Source: the human T2T-CHM13v2.0 reference genome, Homo sapiens. Taken from it: a stretch of 64,000 nt of DNA. The first letter of the stretch is position 1, and every line of letters starts with the position of its first letter. Made by a program: the position numbers and the translations under genes. Shown one piece after another: positions 14,100 to 26,589 of this stretch. The DNA lies in the NCBI RefSeq assembly GCF_009914755.1, contig NC_060942.1, one strand, 5' to 3'. Under the pieces are notes generated by a model. That model saw only the letters and a program-made list of their open reading frames with translations, did no database searches and was not told the origin of the DNA.

Positions 14100-14300
14100 C
14101 TTCTTTTTAATTAAAATTTTTATTGTGACAATTGTGGATTCACATACAGTTGTAAGAAGTAATATAGAGAGAACACTTGTACAATTTGCCCAGTTTTTCT
14201 CGATAACATTTTGCAAAACTATAATATAATATTAAAACTAGAATATCTACATTGATACAATATACAAATCTTACACAGATTTCTCTGGTTTTACTTGCCA
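14100..14300 (-). mobile_element. L1MC/MD 3' end fragment
   Basis: GATTCACATACAGTTGTAAGAAGTAATATAGAGAGA...ACATTGATACAA resembles old L1 3'UTR, antisense. Confidence 0.7.
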
Positions 14301-14688
14301 GTCTTTTGATGCAGAATCTGAGCAAAAGATAAAAAAGGAAACAAGGGGAGGGCCTGTCATTGAGGATTTGCATCAGAAAGGGATTAATTTGAGATTTCAC
14401 ATGAGTGAGAAAAATTAAGGGAAAAGCAAGTGGAAGAGTAGATGTCCATGGATGGAGTTATAAGGAAAGACCCTCTTAGTTTGAAGTAACCTTTTACATG
14501 GAGATAGAAAATGAGGGAGAATTTTAGGACTGTATGTGCCATCTTGTGAAGAACAGTGAGAATAATTGTAATGAACAGTGAGGATTCAAAGATGTTTATA
14601 CTTCCCAATTTTGTGTTTCAAAGTCTGGGTCAAAAAAATGAAATTGATATTATTTTTATTTTTCTGTGAGATTGATGTTTCTTCCAAT

Positions 14689-14915
14689 TGTCACTGATGG
14701 AGCCAGGGCCAGAGAAAGCCCTGTGGAAACAAACCAAGACCACACAAATGAGAACAATAAGAGGCTATTTAATCAGAGCTTGCTGTGGCAAGGGAATCAA
14801 GCATCATCATCTGCGCTTGACAGAGACTCAGGCACGCAGGGGAGTGGGAAAGCTTTCTAGGTATTCCTTGAATGGGAAGGCTTCCGGTATTCCTTGAGTG
14901 GAGGTTGCTGGCATG
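14689..14915 (-). mobile_element. Truncated ERV LTR fragment (family uncertain)
   Basis: Starts TGTCACTG; ATTTAATCAGAGCTTGCT...GAGACTCA...GGGGAGTGGGAAAGCTTT resembles an antisense LTR R/U5. Confidence 0.5.
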
Positions 14916-16301
14916 TCATGTAAAGCATTTTATTAAATAAACGTTATTACTTCAACAAGCCATGCTCTCACTTTTCAAAAGTTTAATTTAAAAAATAAAC
15001 AGTTGCCATTCATATTTCCATGATCTCTTCGACTGAAATCAGAAACATTAGTTCTTCTAGATTGTCTCTATGTTTTACTACACCAAATGAAGTGAATACT
15101 GAGGTTTTTCCTTGGGCAATTCTCCCAATGTTCCCTCAAATATAAAAAAATACAGATATTTGTATACATATTCTCTGTATTAGCTTCTTAATTCATAAAT
15201 TATCCATTGTTTCTAGCCCTTAGTTTATAAAAGTTTCCTGGTAAAAATAATGTTTTGTAATTCCAAAAGGTTTATTCTACAAATATTCTCCTTAATATAT
15301 GAGATTTTGAAAATTCATGATAAGGAACTTGGTAGTAATCTTTTTGAGATTGCCTCAGATAAAAGCATAATAATTGAATAATAACTTACCTGCTTCTTGT
15401 AAATGGAAGAAAAATATATGCAATCATTTTAATACATTCCACGTGCCTGATAAGACTCTATGGCTATGTTAGTTTCTAAGCATTCTAATTATCGGCAAGG
15501 GAAAAAAAGCTAAGAGAAGCAAGAACATTAATTTTTTTAATTCTCTTCAGAAATACAAATTCAGTGTGTGATAATGACAGCTAGTCATGCTCTTCTCACG
15601 TTTATATTAATGACCATCTGTGTAAATGCCTGAGGCATTGCCTTCAGGTTTTCATGGTTCTGAAAGCCAGCCTAAGAAGTGGCTTCCTTAGCTCTATAAA
15701 GATTAGAGATGCTATTTAAGATAATGCCACAGGTACATAGCCAATAGCTTCCTCCAATCTGGGAGCATTTCAAATGAATCTTTCTCTTAGGACTCATCAA
15801 TAAAACATTGGATTCAGCTCATCTTAGAACAATCTTTTAAAGGAGGTACGTTTAGTATAGAGCAAATATTATAATACGAAAACCAGCAGAACTACATTTT
15901 GCAAGGAAAAATGAATGACACAGAAAAAGAAGGTTACATTTGATAAATATAGGAAGTTATATTTTCAATATGGGTGTTGCATTTTTTTAAAAGAAGTATT
16001 AAAATATTCAGATAAGAACACATTTTTTAAAGTCAAACTTTTGAAGCAAATGGCTTCCTTTAAAGCAAATAGACCCTACCACTTAAAACTATAGATCACA
16101 AAGTAGATGTTAATTGAATCTAGATGGATTCAGAAAAAAATATAAATATCAATTTATTGAATAAATAAATGACTAGATTAGGGTTGAGAGTGAGTTATGT
16201 ATCCATATGTATAATACATATATGTATTATACATATAGAATAATATGTATTATTCTAAAATGTTGAGGCTTTCAGTGAATAAATTCACACATCTATGTGT
16301 A

Positions 16302-16320
16302 CACACACACACACACACAC
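16302..16320. repeat. (CA)n microsatellite
   Basis: Direct reading. Confidence 0.95.
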
Positions 16321-16664
16321 TTAGAACTCCTGTTACAGAGAAAGTGATTAACACTCTTCCTTCTTATGAGAAATGTTAAGTAACTTAGTTTCATAACAGG
16401 AACTTGTATTCTCACTAATATGGGACAAACCTAGGTAGGCAAAGTTCTAAATGTAAGTTTATAGTCAGAGTATTTGGAAGTATGCATTTGGTAGTCAGAA
16501 AGCAAGCAAACAATAATAACAACAAAAACAAACTTAAGGCCAAGAGAATAATTTGAGAAGAAATTATATCATCATGGGACAGATAATAAAATTCCAAATG
16601 GGAAATAATATAAATGGAGTGAATCTAGGGTGCTATTAAAATGGATTTAGGCAAGGGGACAATA

Positions 16665-16756
16665 AAAACCCAAATATTGGCTAATTTACATATAAAATGG
16701 CTCTATTATTAAAACCCAAATATTGGCTTATTTACATATAAGACTGCTCTATTATT
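16665..16756. repeat. 46-bp tandem duplication (42/46 identical)
   Basis: AAAACCCAAATATTGGCT(A/T)ATTTACATATAA..GCTCTATTATT at 16665-16710 and 16711-16756. Confidence 0.92.
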
Positions 16757-17990
16757 AATTGGATTTTTGCAATTCAGGCAGCTAGTAATTTGTGTTGGAC
16801 CAATGGAGCAGTGCTTTTCACAAGACTGCATACCCAGGTGGTTTTGGTCTTCTCAATTGTAAATATGAATTTTGGAATCCGTAGCTTCAATGAGATGCAA
16901 AACTAATACTTTATTAAGTCAATGTAATTACCCTGGAACCAGTTCTTATGTGAGAGATTTAAAGAGAGAGAAAAAGAATGGAGACAGAACTACTCCATGC
17001 AGTAATCACTCTAACTACATGAAATTCATCATTACTCCATTAGAAAATAATATTTATCATCTCCTATATGCCAAGTACTTTTGTGGGCACTATGATTATA
17101 GCAGTGAAAAACTAAGTTAGCAACATATGAAGTTCATATGTTAGTTTATAGATATAGAAAAAGCTGCAGAGATAATTCTGGGCAATGGAAACAGCAATAA
17201 AGCACAAATAAGTATGTTACAGTGAAAGAGAACTGGGTGAAAGCTTCCATTTCTGACTAAAGGGCAGATTTGGTGTGCCAACCAATGTCTCAGTTGTGTT
17301 GGAAAAAACATAAAAATATTTTAAAGGAAATTTTAAAATGTTTCAACGTATTATATAAAAAAGAAGGGAACTTCACAAGCCAAAATTAAGGGCAGGAGAG
17401 ATTCAGAAAGGCAGGAAAAACACAGGTCTGTCTTCTGTCTTGAGGATATTTGTTGAACCCAGTGAACATGACTTTTGGTTTTTCATTGCCTCACAGGACA
17501 CATGGGAGAGGAGAAAAGTCAGGTTTGCCCAAGATGGAGAGGCTAAGAGGTTTCTGCATATAAAGCTAAGGCCCTGAAAGCCTATACTCTTAGTAAGTGC
17601 AACAGAAATAATCCTGCCATTCTTTAGGAGAGTGCAGGGAATTTTCCGTGGTGAACTTGTTGCTGCATAGAGAGGGGACAAATTCCTATTTATAACTTGA
17701 GAAGCTTTCACCACAATCAGGCTCTTCTGTGATTGTTGCTAAAACTGTGTTACCTGAATGGTCTTGGGGGGGAAATAAGAAACTAAACCAATAACTTGTC
17801 TTAAACCAGTCCCTGAGACGTAGATCCCCCAAAATTGGCAGAAGCAAATGTAAACCCTCTCATAAAGAACTCACCTTGAGTTTAGTCTTAAGGACTTTTT
17901 ATACTTACAATTCTAAGATTTACGGCTGCAGAGACTCACAAAATACCCAAGAAAATGATGCTTATGAGCTACTAACACCAGCTAAAGAAA

Positions 17991-17991
<1 letters not shown>

Positions 17992-18024
<33 letters not shown>
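17992..18024. repeat. (CA)n microsatellite
   Basis: Direct reading. Confidence 0.95.
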
Positions 18025-18028
<4 letters not shown>

Positions 18029-18119
18029 ACAGAGAATCAGATCTGCAAATACCTCAGATATCAACATTACAGATTCAGAAAAAAATCATTATTTTTAATA
18101 TACTTTTAAAAAGAAGTAT

Positions 18120-19115
18120 CTAAATAAAGAGTTTCTGCACAGCAAATGAAACTATCATCAGTGAAAAGAGACAACCTACAGAATGGGAGAAAAGTTTTGC
18201 AATCTATCCATCTGACAAAGGTCTATTATCAAGAATCTACAAGCAACGTAAGCAAATTTACAAGAAAACAAACCCATTAAAAAGTGGGCAAAGGATATGA
18301 ACAGATTCCTCTCAAAAACAGACATACATGCAGTCAACAAACATGAAAAAAACCTCAACATCACCAAACATTAGAGAAATGCAAATAAAAAACACAATGA
18401 GATACCATCTCACACCAGTCAGAATGGTGATTATTTAAAGGTGAAGAAACAACAGATGCTGGAGAGGTTGTGGAGAAATAGGAACACTTTTACACTGTTG
18501 GTGGGAACGTGAATTAGTTCAACCATTGTGGAAGACAGTGTGGTGATTCCTCAAATATTTAGAAGTGGAAATACCATTTGACCCAGCAATCCCATTACTG
18601 GTTATACACCCAAAGGAATATAAGTAATTCTATTATAAAGATACATGCATTCATATGTTCATTGTAGCACTATTCAAAATAGCAAAGACATGGAATCAAC
18701 CCAAATGCCAATCAATGATAGACTGGATAAAGACAATGTGGTACATATACACCATGGAATACTATGTAGCCATTAAACGGAATGAGATCATGTCCTTTGC
18801 AGGAACGTGGATAAAGCTGGAAGCCATTATCCTCAGCAAATTAATGCAGGAACAGAAAACCAAACATCACATGTTCTCACTTATAAGTGGGAGCTGAACA
18901 AAACACATGGACACAGGTAGGGGAACAACACTTACTGGGGCCTGTCAGGGGAGGGCATGGAGTGGGGAGAGGATTAGGGAAAAAAGCTAATGCATGCTAG
19001 CCTTAATACCTAGGCGATGGGTTGTTAGGTGCAGCAAACCACCATGGCACACATTTACCTATGTAACAAAACTGCACGTCTGCACAAGTACCCCAGAACT
19101 TCAAATTTTTTTAAA
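18120..19115 (+). mobile_element. 5'-truncated L1PA (about L1PA8-13): ORF2 C-terminus and 3'UTR
   Basis: ORF 18655-18897 MFIVALFKIAKTWNQPKC...WYIYTMEYY is the L1 ORF2p C-terminus; 3'UTR GGTGCAGCAAACCACCATGGCACA. Confidence 0.93.
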
Positions 19116-21185
19116 AGAAAAGGGATTGGAAATATAATTAAGAGACTATACAAAATGACCAAGAAATATTTTTGTAATTAATAAGAACTTAGAAAAATAA
19201 TACAAAACATATAATGATAGAAATTTAAAACATAGTTGAATGGCTTAATAATGTATTAGGCCTATTTAATAAGGGAATTCATTAGTTGGAATATAAAATT
19301 AAAGAAATCATCTCAAGTGTAACACAGAGTATGAGATAAATTAAATGAAAAATATGAATAAGAGGCATGGAAGATATAAGAAGAATATATAATATATGCC
19401 CAGAAGGAAGAGAATGGTATAAAAGGAACAGTAAAATATCTAATAACTGTGAAGCTTTAATAAAAACAATTAATAGATTTACAAAGTCCGAATAATTTTA
19501 AGCAGGAAAAAAAATAAAGAGAAAATTATAAAAGTCGGTAATATATTCAGGTAAGTACCAAGAAATCTCAATGGATTCATAGCATATACACATTATGTAG
19601 TTTCATCAATATGGAATTAAGTTAGATGTAAATAACAGGGAGCTAATCATCTAAATGCCACAAATTTTGGAATTAAGCAATGATCTTCCATTGCTTAATT
19701 CAAGGGAATTGCTTGAATTCCATTGCTTCTCTTCAAGGGAATGTCTAGCTTATTGACAAAATGTGCTAAGTCAACGTAAAGAGACTGCTTACGGATTCTA
19801 TAAAGAGGTATTTCTTATACCTCAAAAAAGTGTTACCTGAAGCCTCAGAAATAGTGCAGCATGCATTATTTTATTTAATCTTTATAAACATGAAAGAGTA
19901 TAAAAGAACATTCCTTCAGCTATTTGAATAGTGAATGATTTTGGCAGAAAGATGGTAATGCTAGACCCTCAATTCTCTGCTTTCACAACGTTCTTTCATT
20001 TGCTCTTGGGAGTTACACTTTCTTTTGTTTTTCTTTCTCTTTTACTTTATTTCTTAGCCAGACTTACCAGAACAGCAGCTGCAGCATGATATAATTATTT
20101 TAATGGTTTGCATGCTATAAAGCTGTTAAAAGCAATTTTAATTTTTATCAGTAAATAGGTTTTATTACAAAGTTATATTGTTGCTCATAGCTATCCAAAG
20201 TAATAGGTACTTAGGAGAGTATTTTAGTCTGAACTGTTATGTCTCCTTTATCCACTATATGCCTAGTCAAGCATTACAATTTTGCCCACAGGATAACAAA
20301 AAAAATGCTAATAGGAGCAATTAAAAGATATGAATAATACTGACACCTCTTTATTATCTTCCAGGTACCATTGGAACTGCCCGAGACATTAAATGGTAAT
20401 GATGTGGTTACAGTTATTTGCCAATTGAAGTGATTCCTGAAGAAGCACAGAGACATTTATTTCCAAGCTTTGAAGGGTTTTGTACTTTTTAATTAGATTT
20501 TGAAAACAGAGCAGCCATCTACAGAATTATATATATGGTAACTGATGATGCCAGACTCCTCCAAAAAATTAAGCACACATGGGCTAAATTTTTATACCGG
20601 ACAATGGAAATTAAACTCACAGTTCCTGTATTGTTTAATAATGTCAACTTATTTTGGTTTCATTTTTCTTGTTTTTTTTTCTTTTCTTTTCTCACCTTTC
20701 CTTTCTTCTCTTGTTTATTCTCTCTGTCTCTTTTTTTATTTCTGTGATTTTCTGTGCCTCTCTGCTGTTTTTGCTGCCTTTTTCTTTCTGTAGTTACAGG
20801 TACATCCCATTTACTAAATGATGAATATCTCCATATTCATCAATTGATTTCATCATATTCATCAATATCACCATATTCATCAATTGGTGTTGTCTTAAAG
20901 TATCTGACCTCATCAACTGTTCATATGTGTTTCAGTGATTAAATGTGGCTTTCCTTAACTGGTATCTTTCTCATGTTTCATCATTAATCTTAATGCCTAA
21001 AGTGTAAGCATGACAGTCTTTAACCCTTTGCTTCTTTCTAATTTTTCTCCTATTTTTATTTTATTCCCTTCTTCTACCTTACTCATGTTTTCCAAACTCC
21101 AATTCATTTGGAACCTTCCTCATAAATCCCTAATGTGAGATACTCTGTTTGCTTCTACTTAACCTTCCTCCTTATCCATTGTCAA

Positions 21186-21210
21186 ACACACACACACACA
21201 CACACACACA
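21186..21210. repeat. (CA)n microsatellite
   Basis: Direct reading. Confidence 0.95.
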
Positions 21211-21228
21211 ATTTATAAATCTGTAAAA

Positions 21229-22615
21229 TGAGAGGAGAGTTTATTTCTTATAAAAGGTTATAGCCTGCAAGGTGGCCATTCTGCAGGCTGGGAACTATGC
21301 CTCCAGAAAAGACCAGGGACAGGCACTTTGGAAGAGGAGGGGTTGGGGTAGGAGCTTTATGCTAAACAGGTTGGCTAAACACAGATATTCACCAGCCTAC
21401 AGGAGGAGCTATGAATATTCCTGAAGGCACTCCTGACACATGCATATTGAACAAACATGCCTGTAACATATGACCCATGTTCACTTTGGGACATGTAGGG
21501 TAAACACACCTGATAGAAATAATTTAAGTATACCCTTAAATGACCCTCTATAGTAGATGCACCTGAATGTGGTCCACGCTAAAGAATCCAGGAGTAGCCA
21601 ATCTGAAGATTCCTTCCTTATCAAAGAGGAAAATTTGACCCCCCACCTCAAACCACTCAGCCTATCCCATGGAACAGATGCTGTATAGGGGATTAAGGTC
21701 CTGAGTTTTAGGTTTAATGAAGGTTGCCAGATGGAGGTCATTAGAAGGAGGGTGTTAAATGAAAATGCTATATGATGTTTGCAGGAAGCTGCAGGGAGTT
21801 GCAGTTTTCTTGCCTAGGCCACCAGTACCGGGCTCTGCGGTTATGTTGTCCAGCTCACAGGCATTGGACTTTCTTCCCTGTATGTAAGCCCCTAATAAAG
21901 CCCCATGTCTCATTTGCTGGCTCTGGGTCTCTTCTTTGGCCTCTTGAATGTGGTGCCTTCCATACTGAGGTTAATAGGAGTTTGACACAATAGGATGGAG
22001 ACTTAACATGTAAATGTATTACAGTTAGGCTCTATATGTCAAAAGGTCTTTTCAGAACCCAAAGGCCTGCAAGTGCACAATCTCTGTATACTGGCCAGGA
22101 GCAGTCCATGGTCACTGGTCTTATAAAAAGAAAGTTACCAAAATCAGTCTTGGCCAATCAAAGCTCTAGTTGTGGCTGGTAAAACAGGGGCTCAGTCAAT
22201 GTCTGTGAGCTGGATGAACTGTAATTATCTTAACATTGCTTATCTCAAGACCAGTGCTTGTTTAGCTGCTAGAGTGAAAGAAAAACCTTGTGGCAGATAG
22301 AACAGAGTTGATTCTTTAAGTGTTGGGGGCCAAAGTCGGGGGGACGGGTGCAGTGCATTACTTAACCTTTCCCTGGCATTTAGCTCCTGTTTGTAATTTG
22401 GTATCTTATTGCCACAAAGAGGGTTCTGTCAGTCTCTATTTTAAGATTAATGCTGGTGGTTGTCTGTAAACCATAAAGGGGAGGGGGTATAACAAAGTCT
22501 GACTTCCTCTAGTGTCACGGCCAGGAACTCAGTTTTAAGATTTTTCTAGGATCGCCTTGGCCACAAGAGGGTCTATTCAGTTGGGGTAAAGGGTCCTCAG
22601 GATTTTAAGTTTATA
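21229..22615 (-). mobile_element. ERV1 LTR, MER4D-like, split by a nested LTR
   Basis: Antisense MER4-group motifs (TTTGGTATCTTATTGCCACAAAGAG, GGCCAGGAACTCAG, GGATTTTAAGTTTATA); sequence resumes across the 21494-21992 insertion. Confidence 0.8.
21494..21992 (+). mobile_element. ERVL solo LTR, LTR47-like
   Basis: TGTAGGG start, AATAAA near 21894, ends ACAATA; 5-bp TSD GGACA/GGATG (inferred ancestral GGACG). Confidence 0.8.
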
Positions 22616-23389
22616 TCATTCATCTTATTCTGAACTTTTGTGTTTCATGTTGGAGTTTTCCAGTAAAAACAAATGGATGGGCCAGAATTATTTTTAATTT
22701 TCTTTCCCAATTTCACTTAAAAACAAACTGAATTCACTATATTAATGCTGCAGAATCCTATGTTGTGTTCTGTCCCTGGCTACTTTTATCTTTTTGCCAT
22801 TTCCATCTCTAGGTAGAAATTTTTCTCTTCTTCAAGTGAGAGCTCAAGAATGATCCCTCATCCAACCTGCTCCCTTCCAGCTTGAAGTCATATATCTACT
22901 AATTTCAGTTCTCCTTCTTTGCAGAGTCTGTATTTATCTTTTATGATTCTGCCTAGGGACCTAAGACTTAAACATTTTTTCTCAAATAAAAGAAAAAAGT
23001 ACATTATTTCATCTAGACACTAGCCTCCTTGAGGGCAGTGTTTACAGGTGAGAGTTCTTGTATTTCCCACACATATTCTGGTCTCAAACAAATACAGGGT
23101 TATATAAGTGGTTTATGGCTAATTAAAAGTTATCTTTTCTGCCCACATTCATATTGATCAGTAATGAAAATAAATCCCAAGTAAAAGTTTGACAATTCGA
23201 GAGTTATATTCAGTTAGCCTGAATTTGAGACCCAGCTGTCTCACTTACTAGTTTATCTCTCAGGACCTCAGCTAATTCACCTGTAAATGATGTTTTGCCT
23301 TAGTTTACCTGTTTTTAAATTCTATATTATAATGTATCATTCTGTAACCAAGATATTTCAGTTGACTTCTATTTATTTATATTAAAATT

Positions 23390-24300
23390 CATAATAGTTA
23401 GCAAACAAATTTATACTACATATCCTTTATGGACCAAGCTTGTTCCAGGGATTGGTAATATTACAGTTAACAAGACAGAAAAACTACCTGACTTCCAGCA
23501 AACAATGTTTTGAATGAGGAAAAAAGCAATAAACACTTCAAAAAAAACATTTTTTTAAAGAAGGAATTAATAAATAGACAATTAAACACTTCTTTTTAAA
23601 AATATCTAATTTAGATATGATAAATATTAGGAAGAAAATAAAATAGGGCGATGGGACTCAGAATGGTAAAGCTACTTGATAAAAATCAAAAGGACAGCTG
23701 AGCTGACTTAATGATGAGAAGATGGAGTCATCTGAACTGAGGTCTAGGTAGTGAGAAGTAGGGAGCCACATGAGAATTGAAGCAAAGGATGACAAATAGA
23801 AGACACAGCAAGTGCAAGAGAGGAAAAACTGTCTATCCCTGCCAGTGTGGCAGTAAAATAGGGCAAGTATTTGGCGTTTACTCTAGGTGGTGTGAGAAGC
23901 TGGTAGAAAATTTTAAACATGGAGAAGGGTTGTGCTTACATTGAAAGAAAAAAAAAAACATTTCACTCTGGTCACTATTTGGAGTGCACCTGAATGTTTG
24001 TTCCAAGCTAGAGAATCCAGGAGTGGCCAACTTGGAGATTCCTTCCTTGTATAAAGAACAGCTGAGTCCCCATTCCAACCCACCCAGCCTGTCCCATGCA
24101 ATACAGGCTGTAGAGGCGATTGAGGCCTTGACTTTTGAGTAAAATAAAGCTTTCCAGATGGAGGTCATTAGGGGGATAGAGTTAAGTGAGAATCCTATAT
24201 CAACTGTATGATGTTTGCAGATGGTCGCAATTTTCCTGCCCAGAGTGTAGGGTGTGTAGGCACTTTAAGATGATGTGAAGCAAGAGGGAAACCAAGGAGA
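23390..24300 (-). mobile_element. L2 fragment hosting an LTR47-like piece
   Basis: Degenerate L2 motifs (AACAAGACAG, TTTTAAACATGGAGAA, TCACTCTGG). Confidence 0.6.
23987..24242 (+). mobile_element. Internal fragment of an LTR47-like LTR
   Basis: Aligns by eye with about 21560-21815 (CACCTGAATG..GAATCCAGGAGT..CCAGATGGAGGTCATTAG); flanked by GAGTG direct repeats. Confidence 0.85.
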
Positions 24301-24400
24301 ATATGTTGTTTTTATATTTTGCTGCATACTGAGAGAGTTAAGAATAGATTAGCATTAATTACTAATGGACATTCAAGACATAGTTAAGATTTACTAAATA

Positions 24401-24649
24401 GATATATATACACACATACATGTATATACATATTTTTAAATTTTACTTTAAGTTCTGGGATACATGTGCAGAATGTGCAGGTTATATAGGTAAACGTGTG
24501 CTGTGGTGGTTTGCTGCACCTATCAACCTGTCACCTAAGCCCTGCATGCATCAGCCATTTGCCCTGATGCTCACCCCTAGCCTCCCTCAACCCCAACTGG
24601 CCACATTGTGTGTTGTTCCCCTCCCTGTGTTCATGTGTTCTCATTGCTC
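24401..24649 (-). mobile_element. Short L1PA 3' end whose tail decayed into a TA/CA microsatellite
   Basis: TTTAAGTTCTGGGATACATGTGCAGAATGTGCAGG; 14-bp TSD AGATTTACTAAATA at 24387-24400 and 24650-24663. Confidence 0.93.
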
Positions 24650-25077
24650 AGATTTACTAAATATTTTGAACGTAGAACAGTCTGGACTTACTGTAAGGAA
24701 CATGGCTGCCCAAGCATAGGCCTAGCCAGGCAGGCATAGGCCGAGGTAAACATCCTGCACGACTCAGCGGAATTGGAACACAGGTGCACAATTCCATGCA
24801 TATAATTACAGCTATGTAGCCATAACATGGGGAGGCTTATCATCTGACTCTGAGGCACTATTTTCTGTGAGGTATATAAATGTAGCACTGACACTGTGAG
24901 AGAGCTGCTCAATAAAGCCATATCCCATCTACCTGCTGTCTCTCGACTGTTCTACCAGCTCCCTGCCCGTCCACCCACTCCCCATCGGACCTCAGCTGGG
25001 GCTCAAACCTGACATTTAGCGTTGTCAGCAGGATAGAGTGAGTGGGTCTTCAGCTCCCGAGGCTCCCGGGCAGGCTA

Positions 25078-25642
25078 TGTGGCCGCAGCATGATGGGCTG
25101 TGGTACCCAGTGGCAGCGGTGCTGCTGGGATGGGCCCCAGTGGAAACGTGGGAGGCAGTGGGCGGGTCTCCTGTGAGTGTGGAGAAAGCACTAAAGCGCT
25201 GGAAGAACACAGTGCTGAGAAGAAATGCAATGCACCTTCGCCGGCAGAGTTGGATGGGCATTTCTGACTGCACTGCGGGAAGTACATGCTCAGTCCCTGT
25301 GGGATGCTGCACAGGTAAGTGACCTCTACATGCAAGCCACATGCCCGTGGGCCCAAATACACAGGTTGGAGCAAAACTTGGAGGTAACGGACCTCCAGAC
25401 ACAAACAGGGCACTTAGAGGCCCAGATAAACATCCTGGAACAGGAGTTAGAGACTGCCGTCAGTGTGACCTTGAGCCCATCCTCGCTGCTGGAAACTCCC
25501 GTTCATGAGCAGCCGATGCGCCCTCAGGGGCGGGCTTAGGGGCCCCCTACTGTGGTGGAACGCACTTCGTATGGTGCCTATACCCTCGCTGAGCTCCGGG
25601 AGTCAGGCAAACATTGTTGGCAGCATCCAGCGGAGCCCCTCC
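25078..25642 (+). pseudogene. gag: HERV-S gag N-terminal remnant (frameshifted)
   Basis: MWPQHDGLWYPVAAVLLGWAPVETW...; homologous to 27905-28190; coiled-coil-like LEQNLEVTDLQTQTGHLEAQINILEQEL. Confidence 0.75.
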
Positions 25643-25649
25643 TTCTCTG

Positions 25650-26035
25650 ATTACTCAGATTTTGGGGTGAAGCAAGGTTATGGTGTAACAAGCGGCCTTA
25701 TGAAGGCCGAACCCCAGTGGACTTTGTGCCCCCTGGGAGTTTATGGGTCTGTAGGGAAACAGGATGGCCATATCTGCCAGAAAATTGAACTGGGCATTGT
25801 ACTTGGGGATCCCCTTATGTGCCTGCCACTGTGCTTCCCACATTGCCTAGATGCCCACACACCTGGAAGGTGCTACATTCCTGGTTTTTGTGAGTGTGGC
25901 AGGTCCCCTGGTGGCTCTACCCCGTAGCAATAACGATCCCTGGAGCAGGTGTCATCACTGTAGAAATGCAGGTTACAGCCTTTGCAGAGCCACAGCTCGG
26001 GCCCTGAATTACACCAAGTTGCCCTCCTTCTGTTA
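25650..26035 (+). pseudogene. env: env fragment (SU C-terminus and start of TM), gamma type
   Basis: Translates ...LWVCRETGWPYLPEN*TGHCTWG...IPGAGVITVEMQVTA...ARALNYT; LPxNWTGxC motif of gamma-type Env. Confidence 0.7.
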
Positions 26036-26589
26036 AGTAATAAGCTGAATCTCTACCTAGAATAGAGAAACATAATAGGAGAAATAGGACAACTGAGTTA
26101 TCATAAAGCACAAGTAGTAAATGCAGACAAACCTAAAAGACCCCACATCATAGCATTTAGTCCATATGCAAAGGGTAAGTGGAGATTTTGGGTCAGCTAA
26201 GCATCATCTATTAATTTTGTTAAATATGTTTTGAGTTTTGTTGGAAATTTTTCTTTGCATTTGATTTGTAAATGTGGTTTTGGCTGTTATAGGAAGCATA
26301 GATAAAGGGATACTGTAACTCATTTTTTGCATATCATGTTTTATGATGAAAAAGTAAGTTAACTATGGATCCATCAGATTGTTTTCCCTTTAAAAGGGTT
26401 TAATGCCTAAATGAATTTTGGAAAACACTGATTTTGGAGCAGGATAGAATATGAATCTGTTTTCATGCTACCGTTAAACAGAACTGTTATCACTAACTTG
26501 TCAATAAGAACTCTGAGGCTCCGAGTAGAACGTTAAAGGAATGTGGCAATTAGGGATAACAGTTGTCTCATTAGATAATTGTCAGGTTT

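Larger units (their letters stand above)
17240..19690 (+). mobile_element. Very old L1M/HAL1-like 5'-ORF1 remnant, split by a younger L1PA
   Basis: A-rich degenerate ORF1-like sequence on both sides of 18120-19115; boundaries approximate. Confidence 0.45.
24692..26035 (+). mobile_element. HERV-S/HERVL18 remnant 1: 5' LTR (LTR18A-like, 24692-25014), PBS, 5' gag joined to an env fragment; no pol, no 3' LTR
   Basis: TG...CA LTR with TATATAAA and AATAAA; PBS 25017-25034 TAGCGTTGTCAGCAGGAT is 15/18 to the tRNA-Ser complement TGGCGTAGTCGGCAGGAT; gag matches copy 2. Confidence 0.88.

Noticed and set aside
16670-16726. CCAAATATTGG as SRF CArG boxes
   Set aside because: There are seven A/T bases between CC and GG; CArG needs six.
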